A DNA stretch of 64,000 nucleotides from Methylobacterium sp. (GTDB lineage: Bacteria > Pseudomonadota > Alphaproteobacteria > Rhizobiales > Beijerinckiaceae). The translations under genes and the position numbers were made by a program. Positions within the stretch are counted from its first letter, which is position 1. Every line of letters begins with the position of its first letter. Where the stretch lies: assembly GCF_019750675.1 (NCBI RefSeq), contig NZ_JAIEOF010000174.1:8268-72267 (forward strand). The letters run 5' to 3'. Of the stretch, positions 9,854-19,373 are shown in pieces. The notes under the pieces are model-generated. The model saw nothing but the letters and a program-made list of their open reading frames with translations, was not told the DNA's origin and did not search any database.

Positions 9854-12420
9854 GCACGACGCCCGAGACACCGACGCCCGAGACACCGCTGCCGGAGCGC
9901 TTCGCGGCCTGGTTCGCCGCGCGCGGCTGGGCGCCCCGGCCGCACCAGCTCGAACTCCTCGACCTCGTGCGCGCAGGCCGATCCGCCCTGCTGGTGGCAC
10001 CCACCGGGGCGGGCAAGACCCTGGCGGGCTTCCTGCCGAGCCTGACGGCGCTTGCCGAGCACCCCGCCTCGGCGGGGCGCCCGGCTTCGGTCAAGGCCCG
10101 CGGGCTGCACACGCTCTACATCTCGCCCCTGAAGGCCCTGGCGGTGGACATCGCCCGCAATCTCGAGGCGCCCATCGCCGAGATGAGGCTGTCCATCCGC
10201 GTCGAGACCCGCACCGGCGACACGCCCTCGCACAAGCGCACCCGGCAGATCGCGCGCCCGCCCGACATCCTGCTGACCACGCCGGAACAGCTCGCTCTGC
10301 TCATCGCCCACCGCGAGGCGGCCGACCTCTTCGCCGGACTGTCCTGCGTCGTCCTCGACGAACTGCACGCCCTGGTCACCTCCAAGCGCGGCGATCTCCT
10401 GTCCCTGGCGCTGGCCCGGCTGCACCGCCTCAGCCCGGGGCTGACCGCGATCGGGTTGTCCGCCACCGTGCGCGAGCCGGACGAGCTGCGCCGGTATCTG
10501 GTGCCGCAGCAGCCCGCCCCGCCCCCATCCCTCGTGGAGGGCAGCGGGTCCGGGGTGGCGATGGCCGACCTCGTCGTCGTGCGGGGTGGCGCCGCGCCCG
10601 ATCTCCACATGCTCGACACCGGCCTGACCCTGCCCCTCGCCGGCCACACCGCGTGGCAGGCCATGCCGGCGATCTACGACCTGATCGGCCGGCACCGCAC
10701 GGTTCTGGTCTTCGTCAACACCCGCCTCCAGGCCGAGTACACCTTCCAGGAACTCTGGCGGATCAACGACGCGAACTACCCCATCGCCCTGCATCACGGC
10801 TCCCTCGACGCCACGCAGCGCCGCCGCGTCGAGGCCGCGATGGCGGCGGGGCAGCTGCGGGCCATCGTCTGCACCGCCACCCTCGACCTCGGCATCGACT
10901 GGGGCGACGTCGACCTCGTGGTGAACATCGGCGCGCCGAAGGGCGCGAGCCGGATCATGCAGCGCATCGGCCGGGCCAACCACCGGATGGACGAGCCGTC
11001 GAAGGCCTATCTGGTGCCGGCCAACCGCTTCGAGATGCTCGAATGCCAGGCCGCCCTCGACGCCGTGGAGGCCGCCGCCCAGGATACGCCGGACGCCCGC
11101 CTCGGCGCCCCCGACGTGCTGGCCCAGCACGTCCTCGGCATGGCCTGCGCGGATGCCTTCGACGCGAACCTACTCTACAATGAGATCGTCTCGGCCGCGC
11201 CCTACGCGACTTTGTCGTGGGAGGATTTCGAGGCGGTGGTCGATTACGTGGCGACCGGCGGCTACGCGCTCCGCGCCTACGAGCGCTTCGCCAAGATCCT
11301 GCGCGGGCCGGACGGCCTCTGGCGGGTGCGCGATGCGCGCATCGCCCAGCAATACCGGATGAACGTCGGCACCATCGTCGAGTCCGCCAAGGTCAAGGTG
11401 CGCCTCGCCCGGGGCGTGCGCGGCAAGCCCGGCGCGATCCTGCCCAAGGGCGGGCGGGTGCTCGGCGAGATCGAGGAGGATTTCGCCGACACCCTGACGC
11501 CGGGCGACACCTTCCTGTTCGCCGGCGAGGTCCTGCGCTTCGAGGGCCTGTCCGAGGACGAGGCCCTGGCGACCCGGGCCGGACCCGGCACCGACCCGGC
11601 CATCCCCTCCTACGCGGGGGCGAAATTCCCGATCTCGACCTTCCTCGCCGCGCGGGTGCGGGCGCTCATCGCCGATCCGTTCGAGTGGGACCGGCTGCCG
11701 CGACAGGTCTCGGATTATCTCCTGCAGCAGCGCACCCGTTCCGTCCTGCCCGGCCCGACCGGTCTGCTGGTGGAGACCTTTCCCCGCGCCGGGCGCTACT
11801 ACCTCACGGCCTTTCCCTTCGAGGGCCGCCTCGCCCACCAGACCCTGGGAATGCTGCTGACCCGCCGCCTGGAGCGGGAGCGGATGCGGCCGCTGGGCTT
11901 TGCCGCCAACGATTACGGCATCGCCATCTGGCTCACCCGGGATGTCGGCGAGCGCATCGGCCGCGAGCCGGACTTTCTGGAAGCCTTGTTCGCCGAGGAC
12001 ATGCTGGGGGACGACCTCGAGGCCTGGCTCGACGAATCCGCCATGATGAAGCGCACCTTCCGGCAATGCGCGGTCATCGCCGGGCTGATCGAGCGGCGTT
12101 ATCCGGGGCAGGCCAAGACCGGCCGTCAGGTCACGATCTCGACCGACCTCGTCTACGACGTGCTGCGCAAGCACCAGCCGGACCACCTCCTCCTGAAGGC
12201 CGCGCGCCAGGATGCGGCAACCGGACTCCTCGACGTGAAGCGCCTCGGTATGATGTTGAGGCGCATCCAGGGGCGAATCATCCACAAGGCGCTCGATCGC
12301 GTCTCGCCCCTCTCCGTGTCCGTGATGCTCGAGATCGGGCGCGAGCGGGTCTACGGCGAGGGCGCGGACGAGATCCTGGCCGAAGCCGAGGCGCAGCTGC
12401 TCGAAGAAGCGCTGGGCTGA
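9850..12420 (+). CDS. Ligase-associated DNA-damage-response DEXH-box helicase (Lhr-core type)
   Basis: APTGAGKT, YISPLKALAVD, RTGDT, LTTPE, LDELH, GLSAT, HHGSL, LDLGIDW, QRIGRANH. Homology begins near 9850 (CTG overlapping the upstream TGA), not at ORF-track 8989. Start codon uncertain. Confidence 0.9.
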   Translation: MSTTPETPTPETPLPERFAAWFAARGWAPRPHQLELLDLVRAGRSALLVAPTGAGKTLAGFLPSLTALAEHPASAGRPASVKARGLHTLYISPLKALAVDIARNLEAPIAEMRLSIRVETRTGDTPSHKRTRQIARPPDILLTTPEQLALLIAHREAADLFAGLSCVVLDELHALVTSKRGDLLSLALARLHRLSPGLTAIGLSATVREPDELRRYLVPQQPAPPPSLVEGSGSGVAMADLVVVRGGAAPDLHMLDTGLTLPLAGHTAWQAMPAIYDLIGRHRTVLVFVNTRLQAEYTFQELWRINDANYPIALHHGSLDATQRRRVEAAMAAGQLRAIVCTATLDLGIDWGDVDLVVNIGAPKGASRIMQRIGRANHRMDEPSKAYLVPANRFEMLECQAALDAVEAAAQDTPDARLGAPDVLAQHVLGMACADAFDANLLYNEIVSAAPYATLSWEDFEAVVDYVATGGYALRAYERFAKILRGPDGLWRVRDARIAQQYRMNVGTIVESAKVKVRLARGVRGKPGAILPKGGRVLGEIEEDFADTLTPGDTFLFAGEVLRFEGLSEDEALATRAGPGTDPAIPSYAGAKFPISTFLAARVRALIADPFEWDRLPRQVSDYLLQQRTRSVLPGPTGLLVETFPRAGRYYLTAFPFEGRLAHQTLGMLLTRRLERERMRPLGFAANDYGIAIWLTRDVGERIGREPDFLEALFAEDMLGDDLEAWLDESAMMKRTFRQCAVIAGLIERRYPGQAKTGRQVTISTDLVYDVLRKHQPDHLLLKAARQDAATGLLDVKRLGMMLRRIQGRIIHKALDRVSPLSVSVMLEIGRERVYGEGADEILAEAEAQLLEEALG

Positions 12421-12426
12421 GACGCG

Positions 12427-13176
12427 GTGAAGCCCCCCTTCCAGAACTCAGAGGATGCGGTTTTGGCGCTCGGCCAGAGACTTGAGAAGACCACCCGGGC
12501 CCCCGGCCTGACCCTCGCCGGAGAAACCCTCGCCCTCGACCTCTGCGGCGGCCTCTGGCTCGGCGCGCACCGGACCCTGATCGTGTCCGATCTCCATCTG
12601 GAGAAGGGCTCGGCCTTTGCCGCGCGCTCGGGCCAGTTCCTGCCGCCCTACGACACCCGCGAGACCCTGGCCTGCCTGCACGAGATGGTGGTTCGTCTCG
12701 ACCCCGCACGCGTGGTGGCGCTGGGCGATTCCTTCCACGACGCGCGCGGTCCCGAACGGATGGAGCCGGGCGACCGCGCCATGGTGGCGGCCCTGCAGGA
12801 GGGGCGCGACTGGGTCTGGATCTCGGGCAACCACGACCACGCCGTCACCGAGGGCGTCGGGGGGCGCTACGCCGAGACCCTGGCGCTCGGCGGCCTGACC
12901 CTGCGGCACGAGCCGACCGCCGACGCCCCCGAGGGCGAGGTCGCCGGCCATCTGCATCCCTGCGGCAAGGTCGCGATGCGCGGGCGGGCGGTGCGCCGGC
13001 GCTGCTTCGTCACCGACGGCAAGCGCCTGATCATGCCGGCCTTCGGGGCCTATGCGGGCGGTCTCAACGTGCGCAATCCCGTCTTCGAGCCGCTGTTCCC
13101 GGCGGGCTTCACGGCGCATCTCCTCGGCGACGGCCGCGTCTTCGCCATCGGCAAGGCGATGCTGAGCAAGGACTGA
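12427..13176 (+). CDS. pdeM: Ligase-associated metallophosphoesterase/endonuclease PdeM
   Basis: VSDLHLEKG, LGDSFHD, GNHD, RHEP, GHLHP, MPAFGAYAGG; follows the Lhr-type helicase. Start uncertain. Confidence 0.88.
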   Translation: MKPPFQNSEDAVLALGQRLEKTTRAPGLTLAGETLALDLCGGLWLGAHRTLIVSDLHLEKGSAFAARSGQFLPPYDTRETLACLHEMVVRLDPARVVALGDSFHDARGPERMEPGDRAMVAALQEGRDWVWISGNHDHAVTEGVGGRYAETLALGGLTLRHEPTADAPEGEVAGHLHPCGKVAMRGRAVRRRCFVTDGKRLIMPAFGAYAGGLNVRNPVFEPLFPAGFTAHLLGDGRVFAIGKAMLSKD

Positions 13177-13192
13177 TAAAGGTCCTTTCCGC

Positions 13193-13630
13193 TCAGGCGG
13201 CCACCAGCAGGGACGCACCGGCGACCCCGGACAGGACGAGGCGCAGGCGCCCGAGCCAGACCGGGACGAGGCCGCGCCGGGGCAGATCCTGGTCGACGAG
13301 GCCCCAGGCCAGCACGAGGACGCCGAGGACGCGCAGGTCCCACGGGGCGGGCGCGGCCAGCGCCGCCCAGGCGACGAGGGACGGCAGGATGGCGATGGCG
13401 TAGTCCGCGCCACCCGAACCCCGCGCGGCGGCCGCCCCCCAGCGGATGCCGCCGAGGAACGACGCGATGACGGCGCCGTAGGTCGAGAGCACGAGGCGGG
13501 GACTGAGGCCGATGGTGCCGAGCCCCGCATCCGTCCCGCTGACGGAGAGCAGGGCGAAGCCCAGGAACGGAATCAGGCCGGCGATCCCCAGGACGAGGGC
13601 GGCCGGTGGAACCGCTGTGACACGCGCCAT
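13193..13630 (-). CDS. DUF3429-family membrane protein
   Basis: LGIAGLIPF, YGAVIASFLGGIRWG, LRLVLS; ATG 13630 with an upstream GGAG. Confidence 0.82.
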   Translation of the reverse strand: MARVTAVPPAALVLGIAGLIPFLGFALLSVSGTDAGLGTIGLSPRLVLSTYGAVIASFLGGIRWGAAAARGSGGADYAIAILPSLVAWAALAAPAPWDLRVLGVLVLAWGLVDQDLPRRGLVPVWLGRLRLVLSGVAGASLLVAA

Positions 13631-13682
13631 CGGGTCTCCAGGCTTGGTGGCCACCCCGGTCGGCGGCACGGGCATCGGGAAC

Positions 13683-13707
13683 GAGGGGCGGGCGTGACCC
13701 GCCCCTC
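13683..13707. terminator. GC-rich hairpin downstream of podJ
   Basis: GAGGGGCGGG-cgtga-CCCGCCCCTC; no clear U tract. Confidence 0.45.
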
Positions 13708-13789
13708 CAAACCCTAACGCCCGGAGGCCTCGTCCGCTGCATCGCGAACGGGCGGCAGAAGCCCGCATGCCGGTGGGCGCGGGCTCCCG

Positions 13790-16700
13790 TCAGATGCGGC
13801 GCGCCGGGGGCGTGGCGCCGGGGCTCGGCGGCGGAGCGCCGAGCAGGCTCATGGAATTTTCGATCGCGAACGGAGCCGGCGGCTCGTTCGCGGCCGGGTC
13901 GGGCGTGCGGGCCTTGAAGGCGGCGACCTGCGCCTTCGCGGCGGCCAACGCCTTCGGATCGAGCTTGGCGGCCACGTCGTCCCGCTTCTTGGCCGCATCG
14001 CTGTCGCCCTGGGCCGAGGCGGCCGAGAACCAGAGGTAGGATTGTTCGAGATCCTGCTGGACGCCGAGGCCGCGCGCGTAGAGCACCGCGAGATTGTACT
14101 GGCTGTCGCGCAGGCCGAACTCGGCGCCGCGCTTGAACCATTGCGAGGCCGTGGCGAAGTCGGGCTTGCCGTTGGCGGTTGGGGTCTCGGCGTAGATCAC
14201 CGCGAGGTTGTGCATGGCCCGCGCGTTGCCGAGTTCCGCCGCACGGCCGTACCAGAGCTTGGCCTGGACGAGGTCGCGGGGCAGGCCCACGCCCTTCTCG
14301 TGGAGGCTGGCGAGCTTGTACTGCGCCGGGGCGTATCCGGAGGCAGCCACCTTCTCGAGGATGCGGGCCGCCATGACATTGTCGCGCGGCATGCCCCGGG
14401 CCTCGGAGGCGCGGGTCGCGAGGTCGTAGGCGGCGGCCGCGTCCCCGTCGAGGGTGGCCTGCCGCAGCTTGCCGAGGGCGGGCGGCACGCCCGCGAGGTC
14501 GCCAGACAGGCTCGCCAGAGCCGGGACCTTGGGCGGCCCGGCCCGGTCCGGGCCCGACTTCGCGGGGTTCGCCGGGATCGCGGCGCCGGGTGTCTCGGCC
14601 AGGGACTGGGTGGTCTGGGGCTCGGCCGGCGCCTTCGCCTCGGCTGCCTTCGCCTCGGCTGCCTTCGCGGGGGCGGGCTCGTCGGCGACGGCCTGGGTGG
14701 TGGCGGGCGCGCTCTCGGCGGCCGGCGGCAACGTCGCCGCCTCGGACATCGCTGGTTCCACCGCGCCGGTCGAGCGGCGGGCGTTCACGGCCTGGAGGGC
14801 GCCGAGGGCGAGGACGATGGCGGCCAGGCCGAGGAGCAAGGGCTTGCGGCGGCGATCGATCTCGCCGCGCAGGCGCGCGAGACGGCCCCCGCGCTCGGGC
14901 GCCTGGGCGGCGTCGCGGGCCTCGGGGGGGTCGAGGGGAATGGACTGGCCCGCCGCCTCCGCCTGGGCGGCCTGGGCGGCCCGGCGGGCGGCGGCGATGA
15001 AGCTCGTCTTGATGTCGCTGTCGGCCACGGCCGGCGTCTCGACGGACTCGGTCGCGCGCTCACGGCCGGGCCGGCCGGCCCCGGGCTCCAGGGGCAGGTC
15101 GGGGCCGGTATGGAGCGCGGCGGGAATCGCGGGCCGGCTTCCCCGGGGTCCGTCGCTTCGGGGTCCGGCCCGGTCGAGGGGCGGGCGTTCCGAAGGCATG
15201 CGCTCCGGAATCGAATCGCGGCCCAGGCGGCCGGAACCTGTCGAGGCGGCCTCCCCTTCCAGGGTGCCGAGGCGGCCGACGAGGCGCTCCAGGGCCGAGT
15301 AGACGCCGTTGAGGGTCGACTGCATCCGCTGCTCGGAGGCGACCTGATGCGCGCGCAGATCGGCCAGGCTGGCCCGCAGCAGGCCGACCTCTTCCGGATC
15401 GGCGACGGCGCCGATGCTTTCCGCGACGGCGTTGCGAGCCGCGCGCTCCACCGCCGCCTCGATCGGCGCCTCGGCCCGCAGGGCCGACACCTGATCGAGG
15501 AGGTCGCTCATGGTGCGCTCGAGGCCGGCGAGCGCCGGATCGGCGTCGCGGGTGTCGATCCGCTGGGCCAGCGCCAGGACCTGCTGCTCCAGCGCGTCGA
15601 GGCCCTCGTCGCGAGGGCCATCGCCGGTGCCGACGCGGTCGAGCTTGACCGTGAGGTCGTGCAGCATGCTCCGGATCGAGGCGAAATCCTCCTCCGGCGC
15701 TGCCGGACGGCGCAGCGTCGCCCCGAGGTCTTCGAGACGGCCGATGAGGTCGCCCACCGGATTGATGTGGACCCGCTCGACCTGCTCGGAAAGCGCGTCG
15801 AGGCGGTGCAGGATGGCGTCGGACTGCGCCCCGGTACCCATCGGCGCGCTGCCGCGCAGGGCATCGAGTTTGGCGCCCATCTCCTGGATCTGCTCGCCGA
15901 TTCCGGAATCCGGGCCCGAACGCAGACCGCTGCGGATCTCCTCCAGGAGCGGACGCAGTTCGGCCAGGCTCCCGGCCTCCCCGGGCTTGCCATCGTGCAG
16001 CTGCGCGATCTGGGTGCTGATGGTCTGCAGGCCCGAGGCGAGGCTCTGGATGCGCTCGGGGCCGGCAAGCGCGCCGATCAGGCGACGGATCTCGTCGAGC
16101 TCCCGGAACAGGCCCCCGAGCACGTCCTGCTCGGCGAAGCCCGCCGGCGCGCTGTGCAGGGCCCCGTCCACCTTGGCGGCGAGGCGCTCCACGTCCGCCG
16201 CGACGCGGGCATGGACGTTCTCGGCCACGTCCTCGGCCAGGCGCGCGACCTGGACCCGGATCAGTTCGATCGGGGCCGCGATGGCGGCGAGGTCCGACGG
16301 TGCCTGGGCGCGCTGCACCCCGGCCGCCAGGGCCCGCATGGCCTGCTCCAGAGCGCCGACGTCGCGGCCGCTGGCGAGGCCGCCGATGGATTCGCGCAGG
16401 CGCGAGGTCTCGTTCTGGAGTTCGGCGATGGCCGGGGAGCTCGCCTTGGGAGCCTGTCCTTCGGGAGCCTGTCCTTCGGGGGCCTGTGGCTCCGGGGCCG
16501 TGCCGGTGGCGAGTTCGCGCTGGCGCTGGCGGATCTCGCTGACGGCGTCGCGGATCTCGGTCTCGGCGGCCCGGCCCCGGCGGCCGAGGGGCCGCGGTTG
16601 GGCGAGCTGCGAGCCGATCTCGGTCATCCGGCGCTCGATCTCCGACAGGCGATCGACAAGCTCGGACGGAGCGGCGGCGGGTTGGGCGGCGGCGCCGAGG

Positions 16701-17146
16701 CGCGCTTCGATCCCCGCGATGGTGCGGCTGGCCGCGTCCTGCGACGCCTGGCTCTCGCGGCGCATGCGCTCGTCGATGGCATCGAGGCGCTGCATCATCT
16801 CGGACAGGGCCAAATCGATCCCTGCGGCGGCCGGAGCCGGAGCCGGTGCCGACGTCGCCATGGGTGCGGGCTCCGCCGCTGCGGCCTGGAAAGGCGGAGC
16901 GGTGGCCCGGAGATGCGCGGCAGCGGCCTGGACAGGCGGAGCGGGTGGGATTTCCGCCGTCGTCTGCGCCATCGGAGGCGTCGGCTGACGCTGCTCTCCG
17001 GTCGCGGCGCGCGCCGCAGCCTCCGGGTCCACGATGGAGGCGATCCAGGTCTCGACGGGGATTCCGGCGCGCCGCGCCACGTCTCGGGCCGCCTCGAGCA
17101 CGTCGGGGTCGAAGCCTTCGAGGTTGAGCGTGGCGGTGCGTGTCAT
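13790..17146 (-). CDS. podJ: Polar organelle development protein PodJ-like (coiled coil, TM, Sel1 repeats)
   Basis: N-terminal AARDVARRAGIPVETWI, long coiled-coil region, TM LLLGLAAIVLALGAL, Sel1 repeats (AQYKLASLHEKG, AMHNLAVIY, SQYNLAVLYARGLG). Start moved to ATG 17146. Confidence 0.8.
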   Translation of the reverse strand: MTRTATLNLEGFDPDVLEAARDVARRAGIPVETWIASIVDPEAAARAATGEQRQPTPPMAQTTAEIPPAPPVQAAAAHLRATAPPFQAAAAEPAPMATSAPAPAPAAAGIDLALSEMMQRLDAIDERMRRESQASQDAASRTIAGIEARLGAAAQPAAAPSELVDRLSEIERRMTEIGSQLAQPRPLGRRGRAAETEIRDAVSEIRQRQRELATGTAPEPQAPEGQAPEGQAPKASSPAIAELQNETSRLRESIGGLASGRDVGALEQAMRALAAGVQRAQAPSDLAAIAAPIELIRVQVARLAEDVAENVHARVAADVERLAAKVDGALHSAPAGFAEQDVLGGLFRELDEIRRLIGALAGPERIQSLASGLQTISTQIAQLHDGKPGEAGSLAELRPLLEEIRSGLRSGPDSGIGEQIQEMGAKLDALRGSAPMGTGAQSDAILHRLDALSEQVERVHINPVGDLIGRLEDLGATLRRPAAPEEDFASIRSMLHDLTVKLDRVGTGDGPRDEGLDALEQQVLALAQRIDTRDADPALAGLERTMSDLLDQVSALRAEAPIEAAVERAARNAVAESIGAVADPEEVGLLRASLADLRAHQVASEQRMQSTLNGVYSALERLVGRLGTLEGEAASTGSGRLGRDSIPERMPSERPPLDRAGPRSDGPRGSRPAIPAALHTGPDLPLEPGAGRPGRERATESVETPAVADSDIKTSFIAAARRAAQAAQAEAAGQSIPLDPPEARDAAQAPERGGRLARLRGEIDRRRKPLLLGLAAIVLALGALQAVNARRSTGAVEPAMSEAATLPPAAESAPATTQAVADEPAPAKAAEAKAAEAKAPAEPQTTQSLAETPGAAIPANPAKSGPDRAGPPKVPALASLSGDLAGVPPALGKLRQATLDGDAAAAYDLATRASEARGMPRDNVMAARILEKVAASGYAPAQYKLASLHEKGVGLPRDLVQAKLWYGRAAELGNARAMHNLAVIYAETPTANGKPDFATASQWFKRGAEFGLRDSQYNLAVLYARGLGVQQDLEQSYLWFSAASAQGDSDAAKKRDDVAAKLDPKALAAAKAQVAAFKARTPDPAANEPPAPFAIENSMSLLGAPPPSPGATPPARRI

Positions 17147-17255
17147 CGTCAAACCTGACTCGGCGAAGTCCGTGGCTCGATCCGGGCAAGGCCCCCACGC
17201 CAACGCGGGTAGGCGTTAACGGCAGATCGCATGTCCCCGACATTTGGTATTCTTG

Positions 17256-17271
17256 GTAAACACCCGGTTAA
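17256..17271 (-). promoter_or_regulatory. CtrA box candidate upstream of podJ
   Basis: Minus strand TTAA-CCGGGTG-TTTAC versus consensus TTAA-N7-TTAAC (1 mismatch); extra GTTAAC at 17215-17220. Confidence 0.6.
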
Positions 17272-17422
17272 GGTCTCTGCGTCGGACGTCGCGAACGCGC
17301 GGCGGCTCCCGCGAATCTTCTCCTTTGCGCCCGGCCAAAAATAGTTTAGATATGAACCATCAGGTGCGCCGGGGGCCGCAGGGCCTTCCAAGAACGCAAC
17401 CGTTTCCGGGAGATGATGCGCG

Positions 17423-19210
17423 ATGCCAAGCTACAAGGCACCCGTCGAGGACGTGCTGTTCCTGCTCAACGACGTGTTCGGGTTCCACCGCTACGACAAC
17501 CTGCGCGGCTTCTCGGACGCCTCGCCGGACGTGATGGAGGCGGTGCTCAACGAGGGCGCCAAGCTCGCCGAGACGGTGCTCGCACCCCTGAACGCCGTCG
17601 GCGACCGGGAGGGTTGCATCCGCCATCCCGACGGCAGTGTCACGACACCGAAGGGCTTCAAGGCCGCCTACGACGCCTATGCGGGCGGCGGCTGGATGGG
17701 CCTGTCGATGCCCGAGGCATACGGCGGGCAGGCCCTGCCCCACACCCTCAACACCGCGATCCAGGAATTCGCCTCCGGCGCCAACCTCGCTCTCGGCATG
17801 TATCCGGGCCTGACCCAGGGCGCGATGGCCGCCCTCCTGGTGCACGGCTCGGAGGAGCAGAAGGCGCTCTACCTGCCCAAGATGGTGGAAGGCGCCTGGA
17901 CCGGCACCATGAACCTGACCGAGCCGCATTGCGGCACGGATCTCGGCCTCCTGAAGACCAAGGCGGTGCCGAACGGCGACGGCTCCTACAGCCTCACCGG
18001 CACCAAGATCTTCATCTCGGCGGGCGAGCACGACCTCTCCGAGAACATCATTCACCTTGTCATCGCCCGCATCGAGGGCGCGCCGGCCGGGACCAAGGGC
18101 ATCTCGCTCTTCGTGGTGCCGAAGTTCCTCGTGAACGACGACGGCTCGGTGGGCGCGCGCAACCCGGTCTCCTGCGGCTCCCTCGAGCACAAGATGGGCA
18201 TCCACGGGAATTCCACCTGCGTGATGAACTACGACGGGGCCAAGGGCTGGCTCGTCGGCCAGGAGAATCGCGGCCTCAACGCGATGTTCGTGATGATGAA
18301 CGAGGCGCGCCTCGCGGTCGGCGTCCAGGGCCTCGGCCAGTCAGAGGTCGCCTACCAGAACGCCGTCGCCTACGCGCGGGACCGGCTCCAGGGCCGCTCG
18401 CTCACCGGCGCCAAGGCGCCCGAGAAGGCCGCCGACCCGATCATCGTCCACCCCGACGTGCGCCGCACCCTGATGGGCATCCGCGCCTTCAACGAGGCCG
18501 CCCGCGCCCTCGTGCTCTGGACCGCGCTCCAGGCCGATATTGGGCATCGTTCCGACGATGCGGCCGAACGCCAGAGCGCGGATGACCACATGGGCCTGAT
18601 GACGCCCGTGGTGAAGGGCGTCCTCACCGACAAGGGCTTCGCCAACGCGGTCGAGGCCCAGCAGATGTTCGGCGGCCACGGCTACATCGAGGAATGGGGC
18701 ATGTCGCAGTTCGTGCGCGATGCCCGCATCGCCATGATCTACGAGGGCGCCAACGGCATCCAGGCCATGGACCTCATCGGCCGCAAGCTGCCCAAGGACG
18801 GTGGCCGCGCGATGATGAGCTTCCTCGGCGAGGTCCAGACCTTCATCAAGGACCACGGCGAGGACGACGGCATGAAGCCCTTCGTCGCCCCCCTCCAGGC
18901 CGGTCTGAACGACCTGCAGGGCGCCACCATGTGGTTCATGCAGAACGCCTTCTCGAAGCCCGACAACGCGGGTGCGGGCGCCACCGACTACATGCACCTC
19001 CTCGGCCTCGTCGCCATGGGCTACATGTGGGCGCGCATCGCCAAGGCGGCCCTCGCCCGGCAGGCCGAAGCCGCTTCCGACGCGATGGCCGCCAAGCTCG
19101 TGGTCGGCCGCTTCTACATGGAACGGATGCTGCCCGAGACCGCGACCCGGCTGGTCCGGATCAAGGCCGGATCGGAAACCACGATGGCGCTCAGCGCCGA
19201 GGCTTTCTAA
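17423..19210 (+). CDS. Acyl-CoA dehydrogenase
   Basis: GTMNLTEPHCGTDLG, GTKIFIS, EHKMGIHGNSTC, MMNEARL, FGGHGY, IYEGANGIQA. Confidence 0.95.
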   Translation: MPSYKAPVEDVLFLLNDVFGFHRYDNLRGFSDASPDVMEAVLNEGAKLAETVLAPLNAVGDREGCIRHPDGSVTTPKGFKAAYDAYAGGGWMGLSMPEAYGGQALPHTLNTAIQEFASGANLALGMYPGLTQGAMAALLVHGSEEQKALYLPKMVEGAWTGTMNLTEPHCGTDLGLLKTKAVPNGDGSYSLTGTKIFISAGEHDLSENIIHLVIARIEGAPAGTKGISLFVVPKFLVNDDGSVGARNPVSCGSLEHKMGIHGNSTCVMNYDGAKGWLVGQENRGLNAMFVMMNEARLAVGVQGLGQSEVAYQNAVAYARDRLQGRSLTGAKAPEKAADPIIVHPDVRRTLMGIRAFNEAARALVLWTALQADIGHRSDDAAERQSADDHMGLMTPVVKGVLTDKGFANAVEAQQMFGGHGYIEEWGMSQFVRDARIAMIYEGANGIQAMDLIGRKLPKDGGRAMMSFLGEVQTFIKDHGEDDGMKPFVAPLQAGLNDLQGATMWFMQNAFSKPDNAGAGATDYMHLLGLVAMGYMWARIAKAALARQAEAASDAMAAKLVVGRFYMERMLPETATRLVRIKAGSETTMALSAEAF

Positions 19211-19223
19211 GAAGGCTCCCGAC

Positions 19224-19357
19224 CCCTCTCCCCCTTGCGGGAGAGGGTGGCCCGGCCGCGAGGCCGGGTCGGGAAAGGGGAACGCCGCCTCCGGACGGGG
19301 CGCTTCCCTCTCCCGGCTCACTGACGTTCGCCACCCTCCCCCGCGGAGGGGGGAGGG
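19224..19357. repeat. Intergenic palindromic (REP/CIR-like) element with hairpins at both ends
   Basis: CCCTCTCCC-ccttgc-GGGAGAGGG at 19224-19247 and CCCTCCCCC-gcggag-GGGGGAGGG at 19334-19357, plus internal GCCCGGCC-gcga-GGCCGGGT. Confidence 0.85.
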
Positions 19358-19373
19358 AAACAAGGAAACGCGC

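Noticed and set aside
14042-17158. 1038-aa ORF antisense to podJ, and similar long antisense or alternate-frame ORFs (4524-6413, 22111-24228, 26077-28323, 47590-48900, 49303-51741)
   Set aside because: They mirror well-supported genes, lack motifs and are expected shadows in very high-GC DNA.
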